Positions 49,601 to 58,900 of a stretch of DNA of 64,000 nucleotides are shown here, one piece after another. A program made the position numbers and the translations under genes. The notes under the pieces were generated by a model. That model saw nothing but the letters and a program-made list of their open reading frames with translations, was not told the DNA's origin and did no database searches. How positions within the stretch are numbered: position 1 is the first letter of the stretch; each line of letters opens with the position of its first letter. The stretch comes from Planctomycetota bacterium (lineage in GTDB: Bacteria > Planctomycetota > UBA1135 > UBA2386). The stretch spans positions 6,624,001 to 6,688,000 of the forward strand of contig OZ245006.1 in NCBI GenBank assembly GCA_965223545.1. The letters run 5' to 3'.

Positions 49601-50082
49601 GCGTCCGGGTCAAACTGGACGTCGAGGTGCGTATGCACCGTGGCGCGCCGGACTTCGACGTCCCCGCCGTGCCGCAGATGGTGTTCTTCACGCTGGCCCA
49701 CAATCAGACGCCCAGCGGCGACTTCGAGCAGTCGCAGGTCGGGATGGCCGGTGTCGGTAGCTACACGACACCGCACGCGACGCGCTTTCGGGTGAACTCC
49801 TCTGGACCGCCCTATCCGTACTACGACGAGACGCCCGGCGAGCCGTGGATCGTCTCCGAGTTCACCGGGGTCTTCGATCCCTTGCGGCCCGGGCTAACCC
49901 GTGTGGAGTTCAACATCTACAACCTCAACGCAGGCTCCGTAGCACGGTTGTCGGCGATGGGCATCTACCCGAACAGCGGCGTGCCCACGCTGCCGCCGAT
50001 CTACGACGCGACCCACCTGCAGGAGCCGTTTCAGATGCTGTTGACCGAGGAGCACTCGCAGATCGACGTGATCATGCCCTGA
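46675..50082 (+). CDS. Large secreted beta-propeller + di-haem cytochrome c protein
   Basis: Signal peptide, YVTN-like blades (GLNPVSVAV, SEPADIV), SCASCH and TCADCH haem motifs, DYDGDGVRNGDD Ca-binding-like loop. Confidence 0.82.
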   Translation: MQASLRTRCGALCVSAAFVAVVDVAAMQPNNLVPYPAVTTTPADVPNLFAEPFTGMALDSQNRLFAVNTHGSTLVRVDSSGTVSFGTGLNPVSVAVVERLGEIKVAVVCAGTHAMLLHDAASGRIENVRRLDSEPADIVYDDERELAFVTCRGENTVLQFDPLSFGAAPVSYSIECGQRPGFLYLDRGDPGVADNRVLFAASVTGNNTTNMVPAGEDPNDGIVFDLTGNPGGELDDFDIYRIDPGSGTVEPAVTGVGSLIFDFARAPQPPHGLWVLSTDSLNADPARQSEPALRGNFVINQLVVVPGILPVGPVAAPPGVDLDDTQPGVSGPQYDACQAINQARALEFFEGGALVASPFQDRIYRIAADGSRSFTYYLQPGSQCYDVLDVGNGFFAALCLGTQNIEIFKWDQVWRVLSYPLGYDPTPEQIRRGRDVFLDGRISQDGRSSCASCHAGGGSDQLGWQLSSPPNDTKDVMVTQSLFGIADTFPHHWRGERDLADFQGAFQGLLGAPATAQPGSCEQPLSDQNMIDVIAFMQSLTAPASPYQHPTRQVDGDVVTPPIDGNDPLPAGDPVQGVIDFLTVPIPGEDNITCADCHHIKTGSDGNAFDVNGGAIPRSTTTEVAHLRQMQNKGRRMKVIGLPLAGGAMVPTDVNDNGFGFGHGGEFGTLRTFVEAFSLSPSATANIIAFLEQFDQGLSAAAHWVEWFDAPAAAAGPAVRDRIEDFLIDGADLDWSDLAVVGRTMISGSMQSMRWWFDPNAGANGEFVPETTAQPSITWGQMEADVAAGTTEAAFIGLPPGAGPRFAIDYDGDGVRNGDDSLPYEPTYGGPSALPALLSWKVDLETARLGKLHLEFSEEVTYSIDYRARAKGAGSPGPLRTATREDYVVRDAAHLQHAEPGFPDIGGQQSIVEFDAWITFTDRDGNQVSGFKLETAPGLPTFVSLPFFPVGDTQREPKLYHIQDISLVSANRLGSGVRVKLDVEVRMHRGAPDFDVPAVPQMVFFTLAHNQTPSGDFEQSQVGMAGVGSYTTPHATRFRVNSSGPPYPYYDETPGEPWIVSEFTGVFDPLRPGLTRVEFNIYNLNAGSVARLSAMGIYPNSGVPTLPPIYDATHLQEPFQMLLTEEHSQIDVIMP

Positions 50083-50150
50083 AGGTGGTGTGACTCGGCG
50101 CCCGGGGCATTCTGCGAGGCGATCTGCGGCATCGCGGCGTTCCGGGGCGG

Positions 50151-50745
50151 CGAGCCTCCGGCGCCTCGAATCTTCGAGCTTCGACAACATTCTCGAGGCG
50201 ACGCCGCTGCCATGGCAACGGCGCCGCGGCGCCGGAGGCTCGGAGAGACAGTGCCTCCTGGCTCAGCGCGGCGGCGGATGGGGCAGGCCTTCCAAGCCGC
50301 CCCGGGAAAAGCGGCATCCGAGTTTGGTTGCGGCCGCGGCCGCGCTGAGCCTCCGGCGCCTCGAATCGTCGAGCTTCGACAACATTTTCGAGGCGACGTC
50401 GCTGCCATGGCGACAACGCCGCCGCGCCGGAGGCTCGGAGAGACAGTGCCTCCGGGCTCAGCGCGGCGGCGGATGTGTCGGACCTTCCAATCCGCTCCGG
50501 CGAGAGCGGCATCCGAGTTTGGTTGCGGCCGTGGCCGCGCTGAGCCTCGGGGTCCGAGAATGTTCGAGCGGCAACAACCTTTCGGAAGGCCCGTCGTCGC
50601 CGGGACTTCGATACCGCAACTCCCGGAGGCTCGAAGACAACACTGGCCTCCGGGCTCAGCGCGGCCGCCGGCGACCGCGGGACCCGCGACCGACGCTCGG
50701 GTCGCGGAATGCTCCGTGTTTGGTTGCGGCCTCGGCCGCGCTGAG
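50151..50745 (+). repeat. Tandem array of three two-hairpin repeats (A1B1, A1B1, A2B2; periods 195, 195, 201 bp)
   Basis: Unit boundaries CGAG 50151, TGAG 50346, 50541, 50742. Confidence 0.93.
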
Positions 50746-50907
50746 CCATCCACCGATATGTCTGCCCGCACAGTGCCTTGCGCCGACCATCCCACCTGGC
50801 AGGCTGCCCCCGAACCTCGCTTGTCTGTCGCGGGGGGCGCACGCTATCCTAGCTCGCTCTCCGGTGTAACTCAGGTCGGTCGGCGCCACGCGCCGAGGAG
50901 GGCCCAA

Positions 50908-51420
50908 TTGGTCGTCGTTCCGCGGAAAGTCCGCTCCAAGGACAAGGTCATTCCCAACATGCGCAACCTGGCAGCGGTGCTGCACGGGCTGCAGTCGCAG
51001 GGCAAGGTCATCGTGCTGACCAACGGCGTGTTTGACTTGCTGCACGTCGGCCACGTTCGCTGTCTCGAGGACGCGCGCGCCCGCGGCGACTACCTCGTCG
51101 TCGCGGTCAACGACGACAAGTCCACCGAGCGCCTGAAGGGCAAGGGCCATCCGATCCTGCCGGTGGACCAGCGCATGGAGATGCTGTCGACGCTCTGGTT
51201 CGTCGACTACGTCACCTCGTTCAGCGAGGACACCGCCGAGGAGCTGCTGCGCACGGTGCAGCCCGACCTCTACGCCAAAGGCACCGACTACAACGCGCGC
51301 ACCCTGCCCGAGCGCGGCATCGTCAAAGAGCTCGGCATCAAGGCCGCCTTCGTCGGCGACAAGAAGGCGAACTCGACTTCCAAGATCATCCAGCGGATCC
51401 GGAAGAAGAAGTTCGCGTAG
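50908..51420 (+). CDS. Stand-alone RfaE domain II-type adenylyl/cytidylyltransferase
   Basis: LTNGVFDLLHVGHVRCL, VAVNDDKS, KGKGHPI, YAKGTDY, STSKII; GAGGAGG RBS before TTG 50908. Confidence 0.9.
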   Translation: MVVVPRKVRSKDKVIPNMRNLAAVLHGLQSQGKVIVLTNGVFDLLHVGHVRCLEDARARGDYLVVAVNDDKSTERLKGKGHPILPVDQRMEMLSTLWFVDYVTSFSEDTAEELLRTVQPDLYAKGTDYNARTLPERGIVKELGIKAAFVGDKKANSTSKIIQRIRKKKFA

Positions 51421-51504
51421 GGTGAAGGTACGGAGCCAGGCTCCGATTCATCGCCGGCCGCCGGCGATGAATCGGAGCCTGGCTCCGTACCTTCACCCTA
51501 CGCG
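51414..51504. repeat. Perfect 45+45-bp inverted repeat (GTAG-REP-like doublet / bidirectional terminator)
   Basis: Arms 51414-51458 and 51460-51504 are exact reverse complements and include both convergent TAG stops. Confidence 0.9.
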
Positions 51505-52763
51505 TACAAACCGCGCATCTTGGTGATCTCGGCGACGCGGTCGACGCCGAGCATGTAGGCCGCGATGCGGCTTGGCACCTCGAACCGGTCGGCCATGTTC
51601 ATGACGTCGTGGAACGACTGCACCATGATCGTCTCCATGCGCTGGTCGACTTCTTCTTGCGACCAGAACATGCCCATGCGGTCCTGCACCCACTCGAAGT
51701 AGGACACCGTGACTCCGCCGGCGTTGGCCAGGATGTCGGGGATCACCATCACGCCTTTTTGCTCGAGGATCTTGTCGGCGCCGGCGGTCACCGGGCCGTT
51801 GGCGCCCTCGACGATCATCCGCGCGCGCACGCGGTCGGCGTTCTTGCTGGTGACGACGTTTTCGGTCGCGGCCGGCACCAGGATGTCCACCGGCAGCTCG
51901 AGCAGCTCGGCGTTGGTGACGCGGTCGCCGTTGTCGAAACCATCCAGGCTCTTGTGGCGGTCGAGGTGGGCGACCAACGCCGGCACGTCGAAGCCCTCCA
52001 TGTTGACCACCGCGCCGTGGATGTCCGAGATCGCGACGACGCGCACGCCCATGCCGGCGAGCCGTTTGGCGCTGACCTTACCGACGTTGCCCGCGCCCTG
52101 CACGGCGGCGGTGCAGTCCGTGGGCGCGATCCCCATGCGCTGCAACGCTTCGCGCGTGCAGATCTGCAAGCCGTAGCCGGTGGCCTCGATGCGACCCTGC
52201 GAGCCGCCCAAACCGATCGGTTTGCCGGTGACGATCGCGGTGCAGTTCTGCCGCGCGTGCATGGAATAAGTGTCCATGATCCACGCCATGACCTGACCGT
52301 CGGTGCCCATGTCCGGTGCGGGGATGTCGCGGTCCGGGCCGAGGATGTCGATCAGGCCCGCGACGTAGCGCCGGGTGACGCGCTCGAGCTCGCCGAACGA
52401 CAGCCGGCTGCGATCGACGACCACGCCGCCCTTGCCGCCGCCGAACGGGACGTTGACGACGGCGCACTTCCAAGTCATCCACGCCGCCAGCGCGCGCACC
52501 TCGTCGAGCGTCACGTTCTTGTCGAAGCGCACGCCGCCCTTGGCCGGGCCGCGTGCCAGCGAGTGCTGCACGCGGTAGCCGGTGAACACCTGCAGGGTGC
52601 CGTCGTCCATGTTGACGGGCACGGCGACGGTGAGCTCGCGGTCGGGCGTGCGCAAGATCTCGTACAGCCCCGGGTCGAGCCCGAGCTTGGTCGCCGCCAG
52701 ATCGAAGCGAGCGTGCATCGCCTCGAATGGGTTTTCCTCTCCGAGGACTTGGTTGGGGTTCAT
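51498..52763 (-). CDS. gdhA: Glu/Leu/Phe/Val dehydrogenase (glutamate dehydrogenase)
   Basis: [56 protein letters not shown]. Confidence 0.92.
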   Translation of the reverse strand: MNPNQVLGEENPFEAMHARFDLAATKLGLDPGLYEILRTPDRELTVAVPVNMDDGTLQVFTGYRVQHSLARGPAKGGVRFDKNVTLDEVRALAAWMTWKCAVVNVPFGGGKGGVVVDRSRLSFGELERVTRRYVAGLIDILGPDRDIPAPDMGTDGQVMAWIMDTYSMHARQNCTAIVTGKPIGLGGSQGRIEATGYGLQICTREALQRMGIAPTDCTAAVQGAGNVGKVSAKRLAGMGVRVVAISDIHGAVVNMEGFDVPALVAHLDRHKSLDGFDNGDRVTNAELLELPVDILVPAATENVVTSKNADRVRARMIVEGANGPVTAGADKILEQKGVMVIPDILANAGGVTVSYFEWVQDRMGMFWSQEEVDQRMETIMVQSFHDVMNMADRFEVPSRIAAYMLGVDRVAEITKMRGLYA

Positions 52764-52872
52764 GCGGCGGGGGGCGAGTCGTTAGTGCGCAGCAGCGAAA
52801 TCTACCTCGCCCGATTCCGGGCAACAAGCGAGGGGGGGCGACATTGCCGCTATCCTCGCCGCCCCGACCGCC

Positions 52873-53589
52873 ATGCAACTCGAGTTCGATCCCGGCGCCG
52901 GGGCGCCGCTGCGACGGGCGCTGGGCTACGCCGAAGCGCGCGACGTGATCTGCGACCGGCGCGGCCGGACCGTGCGGTGCACGCCGACGCGACGCACGGT
53001 GCGGCACGCCCTAGCGGCCGGCGCCGTGGTCTACCGCAAGCACTACGGCGACCGCGGCGCGCGCACCGAGTGGGCCAACCTGCTGGCGTTGCGCGCGGCC
53101 GGTTTCGCCGTCGCCGCTCCGGTGTGCGTCGCCGCGACCGGGGGGCGGTCGGCGGTCGTCTTCGAGCGCGTTCCCGGCCGCGCCGCCGACGCGGTGCTCG
53201 CCGCCGGTCCCGGCCAGCGCGGGCGCGTGCGCCGCGCGATCGCCGCCCTCGCTCCGGTGGTCCGGCGCCTACACCGCGAGGGCTGGTGCCACCGCGACCT
53301 CTACCTGGGCCACTGCTTTCTCGACGAGGCCGGTGACAACGTGGTGCTGATCGACGTGCAGCGCATCTTCCAGCCGCGGTGGCGGCGCCGGCGATGGCGG
53401 GTCAAGGACCTCGCCGCGCTGTGGTCGTCGGTGCCCGCCGGGGTGAGCCGCGCCGATGGGCTGCGCTTCTTGAAGCTCTACCTGAATGCGGAGCGCGGCC
53501 GCACGGGGCGGGTGCTCCGCCGCGGCTGGGCGCGCGCGATCACCGCCAAGGCGCGGCGCATCCGCCGCCACCGGCCCAAGTACGGCTGA
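52873..53589 (+). CDS. Lipopolysaccharide kinase (WaaP/KdkA family)
   Basis: EWANL, LHREGWCHRDLYLGHCF, LIDVQR, KDLAAL. Confidence 0.85.
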   Translation: MQLEFDPGAGAPLRRALGYAEARDVICDRRGRTVRCTPTRRTVRHALAAGAVVYRKHYGDRGARTEWANLLALRAAGFAVAAPVCVAATGGRSAVVFERVPGRAADAVLAAGPGQRGRVRRAIAALAPVVRRLHREGWCHRDLYLGHCFLDEAGDNVVLIDVQRIFQPRWRRRRWRVKDLAALWSSVPAGVSRADGLRFLKLYLNAERGRTGRVLRRGWARAITAKARRIRRHRPKYG

Positions 53590-53616
53590 CCGGCAGCAGC
53601 CCACCGGGCAAAAAAG

Positions 53617-53985
53617 CGTCCGGTCCCCGTAAGCCGGGTTCTGATCCCGCCGCGAGGGCGGTGGCGATCATTTCTCGAGGCGCGCCCTCACGGGTGCGCT
53701 CCAACGACCAACCCGAAGGCCTGGGCGCGGGCCACGCGACCTTCCTACACGGTCTTTCTCCGGGTGGGGTTTGCCATGCCGGGGCGGTCGCCCGCCCCGC
53801 GGTGAGCTCTTACCTCGCCATTTCACCCTTACCGTCGCCCCTTGCGGGGCCGGCCGGCGGTGTCGTTTCTGTGGCACTTTCCCTGATCTCGCGATCGGTG
53901 GGCGTTACCCACCACCCTGCCCTGAGGAGCCCGGACTTTCCTCCCGCGGGGCCAGGCCCGCCGGCGATCGCCCGGGGACCGGACG
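53617..53985 (-). ncRNA. rnpB: RNase P RNA (bacterial type A)
   Basis: GAGGAAAGTCCGGGCTC, GGAAAGTGCCACAGAAA, GGCAAACCCCACCCGGAG, AGAACCCGGCTTA; P1 helix 53617-53628 with 53974-53985; followed by T6. Confidence 0.97.
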
Positions 53986-54167
53986 GGGGCGGAGCATAGT
54001 GGTCCGCCGGGGTCGGGCGACAAGTCGTCTCGGGAATCGCCCCCCTTGTTGGTGCGCGAGGGTCTGCTACTGTCCGTTGTGGTGGTCGTTCCGCCTGCCC
54101 ATCTCCGAATCGGAACGAGCGCCGCCCTCGAAGCTCGACCCCTGGGACTCGCACCCCTCGCTCGCCC

Positions 54168-54389
54168 GTGCTCAACATCCTTTCCGCGCCGCTGCTCTCG
54201 GTTCTCCTGATCAGCGCCAATCCCGATTTCTTGGAACGAGCCGGCGCCCAGGCGCGCGGCCCGTCCCCATCCGCCTCGCAGGCCGCCGGCGGTGATGGGG
54301 GGGTGCCCAGTCCGGGCCCTCTGCTGGCGGTGGGCGCCGGCTTGGTGCTGCTCGGCATGCACCTGGCGCGCCGCCGCCGCGCGGTCTGA
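54168..54389 (+). CDS. Very short protein with a PEP-CTERM-like sorting signal
   Basis: Hydrophobic N-terminus, Gly/Ser/Pro linker, VPSPGPLLAVGAGLVLLGMHLARRRRAV. Confidence 0.65.
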   Translation: MLNILSAPLLSVLLISANPDFLERAGAQARGPSPSASQAAGGDGGVPSPGPLLAVGAGLVLLGMHLARRRRAV

Positions 54390-54398
54390 TCGCCCTCC

Positions 54399-54827
54399 TC
54401 AGCCGTTCTGCTCGGCGAGCCAGCGCTCGAGGATGATCTGCGCCGCGACGCTGTCGACCAGCGCGCCGCGCCGCGCTGCCCGCACGCCGCCCGCCGCCAG
54501 CCGCGCGTGCGCCTCGTCGGTGCTCCACCTCTCGTCGAACGCGCACACCGCGCAGGGAGCCACCGCCCGCAGTCGGCCGGCAAACGCCAGTGTGCGCTGG
54601 GCGCGCTCGCCGCGGCGGCCCTGACCGTCCAGCGGCAGGCCGACGACGATCTGTTGGCAGTCGCGCTCGGCGGCCAGCGCGGCGATCGCGGCGACGCATT
54701 CGGGTTGGCGCAAGCCGACCAACGCGGGCAGCGGCGTGATCACGCGGCCGCCGGTGTCGGTCGCCGCCAGGCCGGTGCGGCGGTCGCCGTAGTCGACGGC
54801 CAGCACCCGCGCCGGGGCGTCGTTCAC
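54399..54827 (-). CDS. ruvX: YqgF/RuvX pre-16S rRNA nuclease
   Basis: VLAVDYGDRRTGLAATD, IVVGLP, DERWST, VDSVAAQIILE. Confidence 0.93.
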   Translation of the reverse strand: MNDAPARVLAVDYGDRRTGLAATDTGGRVITPLPALVGLRQPECVAAIAALAAERDCQQIVVGLPLDGQGRRGERAQRTLAFAGRLRAVAPCAVCAFDERWSTDEAHARLAAGGVRAARRGALVDSVAAQIILERWLAEQNG

Positions 54828-55903
54828 AGCAGGTCCTCGTGCCCCTCGTCGCGCAGTCGCCGCACCAGCTGCTTGAGGTCGTCGGTGCGATCCTTGGGGC
54901 AGACCAGGACGGCGTCGCCGACCGACACGACGACCAGGTCGCGCACCCCGAACAGCGCGACCATGCGGGGGCCTTCGCCGTAGATCACGCAATCGGCCGA
55001 GGCTTCGGTCACCGACCGCGTCCCGTCCGCCGTCAGCCGGACGTTGCCGTCGTCGTCGGGCGGGGCCACCGTCCCCAGCGCGTCGAATGAGCCGAGATCG
55101 CTCCATCGGAGGTCGGCCTCGACGACGATCACGCGCGGTGCGCGTTCCATCACCGCGTAGTCGATGCTGTTCTTCGGCGCGGCGCGGAACGCGCGTTCGA
55201 CCGCGGCGGTGTCCCCCGCCGCCGCCGCGCTGCGCATCTGCACCGCGCAGTCGGCGAGCGCGGCGTCGCCGGTGCGCATCGCCTCGAGCAGCACGTCCCA
55301 GGTCCAGACGAAGATGCCGCTGTTCCACGAGAAGCGGCCGCTTTGGACGAACTCCTCGGCGGTCTCGCGGTCGGGCTTCTCGCGAAACCGGTCACAGCGA
55401 AACGCCGGCGGCGTCATGTCGTCGATCGCTGCGCCGCGCTCGACGTAGCCGTAGCCGGTGGCGGCGTGCGTCGGCCGAATGCCGAACGTCACCAGCGCCT
55501 TCTGCGCCTCCGCCAGCGCCGCGCCGCGCCACAGCAGCGCCTTGAACGCGTCGTGGTCGTCGATGACGTGGTCGGCCGGCATGAAGGCGAGCGGGGCGGC
55601 CGGCTCGCGGGCCGCGATGTGCGCGCTCGCCAAGGCGACGCACGCGGCGGTGTCGCGCGCCTCCGGCTCGATCAAGATGCGGTCCTCGCGCAGTGCCGGC
55701 GCGGCGCGGGCGATGGCGGCCGCCTGGGCTGCGTTGGTGATCACCCACGTGCGCTCGATGCCGCACGCGTGCGCGGCGCGCTCGACCGCGGCCTCCACCA
55801 GGGCGCGGCCGTGGGCGAGCGGCAACAGCTGCTTGGGGCGCGCCGCACGGCTCGCCGGCCAGAAGCGCGTGCCGGATCCGCCGGCCATGATGATCGCGTG
55901 CAT
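54824..55903 (-). CDS. manC: Mannose-1-phosphate guanylyltransferase
   Basis: IMAGGSGTRFWPASR, EPEARDTA, PADH, GYGYV, FREKP, WNSGIF, SIDYAVME, WSDLGS. Confidence 0.92.
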   Translation of the reverse strand: MHAIIMAGGSGTRFWPASRAARPKQLLPLAHGRALVEAAVERAAHACGIERTWVITNAAQAAAIARAAPALREDRILIEPEARDTAACVALASAHIAAREPAAPLAFMPADHVIDDHDAFKALLWRGAALAEAQKALVTFGIRPTHAATGYGYVERGAAIDDMTPPAFRCDRFREKPDRETAEEFVQSGRFSWNSGIFVWTWDVLLEAMRTGDAALADCAVQMRSAAAAGDTAAVERAFRAAPKNSIDYAVMERAPRVIVVEADLRWSDLGSFDALGTVAPPDDDGNVRLTADGTRSVTEASADCVIYGEGPRMVALFGVRDLVVVSVGDAVLVCPKDRTDDLKQLVRRLRDEGHEDLL

Positions 55904-55914
55904 GGGCGTCGGTC

Positions 55915-58900
55915 TCAGAAGTCCTTGGTCTTCGCCGGCGCGGTGTACGCCGGGATCGGGTCGATGCGGCGCCGATCGGGCCGGCCCTGGAACAGCCACC
56001 GCGGCCGCGCCTCCGGCGAGCGCAGATAGCCGAACACCTGGAAGCCGACGACTTGCGAGGTCAGCAGGTTGACCACGCGCGGCAGGATCAACCAGTCCGC
56101 GGTGCCGGCGAACAGGTCGGGAAACTCCAGGTCGATGTCGAGGTAGCCGTCGAACGTCAAGTTGCCGGCGCCGACCACCTTGACCTGGGGCGAGGTCACC
56201 TGCAGATCGTCGATCTGGATGCGTTGGTCGCCGATCGCGTAGCGCAGGCTCGCGCCGTCGAACTGGGGGCGATTGTTCGGGGCCAAGAACGCGTAGATCG
56301 CCGAGAAGATCGGCACCTCGCCGAGGCGGCCGTGGCTGATCTGCAGGTCACCCGTGGCGCGCATGTCGATCAGCTCGGTGCCGACCAGTCGCTCGAGCTG
56401 CAGCCTGCCGGCGAGGGTGCCGCGCGCGACCGGCGCGGCGGCGCCGAGGTCGCCCATCAGGTCGCGCAGCTGCACGCTGTCCCACTCGAGGCTCGCCGAC
56501 AGCGCCTCTTCGTCGAGCTGGTAGACGAGGCTGGGGGTGTCGTCGGTCGGTCCGCGCACCGCTCCGCCGTGCAGGTTGCCGATCAGTCGATGCAGCGCGA
56601 ACTGCGTCGGGGTCGCGCGCAGGCTGGCGCGGAAGCCGCGCAGTGGGTGGCCGAGGAGGTCGAACGACACGTCCTGCAGGTCGGCGTCGACCTGCCCGCC
56701 GGTCGGCATGATCTTGGCGTCGCGCAGCCGGACTGCTCCCGACAGCTGCCGGATCGGCACCACCAGCCGCATCTCGAGGCCGCGCGCCATCACCTCGCCG
56801 TCGAACTCGAGCGTGAAGTCCTCGCCGCCTTCCTCGAATGCGTAGTGCATCGCCAGACCGTCGATGCGCACCGGCCCGCGGATGCGACGGTCGAGGAACG
56901 TCTGCCGCAGCGGCCCGGTGATCAGGTTGGCAAACCGGTCGTCGACGACGAGGTGGTCCGCCGACAGAGTCGTGCGGATGTAGGACTTGCCGTCGGCACT
57001 GCCGAACGCGCCGCCGGTGAACAGCAGCGCCGCGTCGTCGAGCCGGCCGCGGACGTCCTCGAAGGAGCCGCGGCCGTCGGCGAAGTGGACCTCGCCGCGC
57101 AGTGCCGTGATCGGGCCCGGCAGGAACGCGGCGGCGGTTTGCACGTCGCGCAGGGCGATCCGCACCGTGTTCTGGGTCGCCTCGCTGCCGGCCTGCTTGA
57201 CGAAGTGGCTGACCAAGTCGATCGCGCCCGACGGCTGCAGCATGTCCCAGGTCTCGCGGTCGAGCAGGCCGGTCTTGACCAGGGTGTCGGCCAGGGCGGC
57301 GTTGAGCGGCAGATCGCGCAAGACGGTGGTGAGGTCGAGGGCCCGGTCGTCGGGGTCGGAGTCGATGCTGCCCTCGAGCAGAACTCCGGCGGTGGTTCCC
57401 TCGCCGGTGTCGAGCACGCCGCGCAGCATGCGGATGTCGACGTGGTTGTCGTTGCCCGAACCGCGGACGACGGCGGTCCCGTGCAGACTGTCGACGCGGC
57501 GCTCGAAGGTCGGCGCCAGCACCGAGCTGTCGGTGAAGTCGAGCTGCAGCTTGTGCTCGTATGCATCGCTGCCCACCGGCTGCCAGACGGTCACGGCGCA
57601 GCGCACCGTGCCGCGCGGATCGAAGTCTCGCCACAGCGCGCCGAGATCCGGGCTCAACGCGGTCACCGCGTCGTGCAGCGCGTCGTCGAGCGGGATGCGG
57701 TCGCCGGTGACCCAGAGTCGCGAGCGCAGGCCGTCCTCGGCGGAGTGCAGCTGGTAGCTGCCGCCGATATCGACGACGGCGCCGGCGCGCTGGCCGCTGA
57801 GCTCGAACGCGAGGTCGTCGGGGCCGATCTCGATCGAGCCGGTGATGCCCTCGAGGCGGTAGGGAAAGGCGTCGTAGCTGACGCTGCAGCCCAGCGGTTG
57901 CAGGGTGACGTGCACCTCGGTGGGGGCCGTGCCAGAATGGACGTCGATCGCCACCCTCGCGTCGCTGCGCCCTTGCGGCGAAAACCGGTCGTAGATCGCG
58001 GCCCCCTCGCCGCGCAGCACGGTGTCGACGGCGGTGCGCAGTTCGTCCGAGAACGCCAGGCCCGTGCCGTCGATCTCGAGCCGCATCGAGCGTTGGTCGG
58101 GGGCGTCGTCGACTCCTTCGATGGCGCCGTTGATGTGGACCGTGCCGCCATCGGCCCGCTTGCCCTCGAGGTCGGCGATGACGACGCGACTCGGGCGCAG
58201 ATGGATCGAGCCGCGGACGTCGTCGATGGCGAACGGGAAGCCGAGCGGCGCGCTGCCGTCACTCTGCTCGAAGCCGGTGAACGAGCCGCTGACGCCGTGC
58301 AGCACCAGATCCATCGACGGGGCGGGTGGCGCGCCGCCGCTGGCGGCCAGCGACAACACCGCGTCGATCCTTCCGTTGCGCGGCGAGAACGCGTTCCACA
58401 TCCGGCGCACTGGCGCCAGCTCGCCCAGGCTGCGCTGCAGGGTGTCGTCCACCGGGATCTGCTCGGCCTCGACCGACACGTCGAACGCCGGCACGTCGCC
58501 GAGCACGTCGGTGACCGCGCCGCGCACGCGGAGCTTCCCCTGGCCTTGGCGCGCGTGCGCGTCGAAGGTGATCGCGCCGCCACCGGCGGTGGTCGCCCCC
58601 AGCTTCGCCGTGGCACCGTCGATCGGATAGGGAACCTCGGGCGCGGTGATTGCGACGGCGGTGAGGTCGGCGTTCAGCCGTGCCGTCACCGCCGCATCGT
58701 CGCCGGCCTCGGCGGGGTACTGGATCCAGAGCGAGATGCGGTCGGCGTTGGCGGTGAAGCCCGCGCGCCGCAGATACTGCTCGAGGGCGCGGTGGTAGGG
58801 GCGCGCGGTGTCGGCCGAGAGCGGCACGTCGGCGGTTTCCAGCAGTGCGCGGAACTCGGAGCGCGCGAGATCGGCCGTTCCCCGCACGGTGATCTCGAAG

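Noticed and set aside
50151..50745. Possible CRISPR or guide array
   Set aside because: Units are ~195-201 bp and homologous along their whole length with no unique spacers; no cas genes; the same unit occurs singly elsewhere.
50031..50869. Several 250-aa ORFs over the tandem array
   Set aside because: They result from stop-poor, mostly 3n repeat units; no RBS or protein-like features.
50212..50907. Long N-terminal extension of the RfaE-II protein (402-aa ORF)
   Set aside because: The extension is translated repeat DNA; a GAGGAGG RBS supports TTG 50908.
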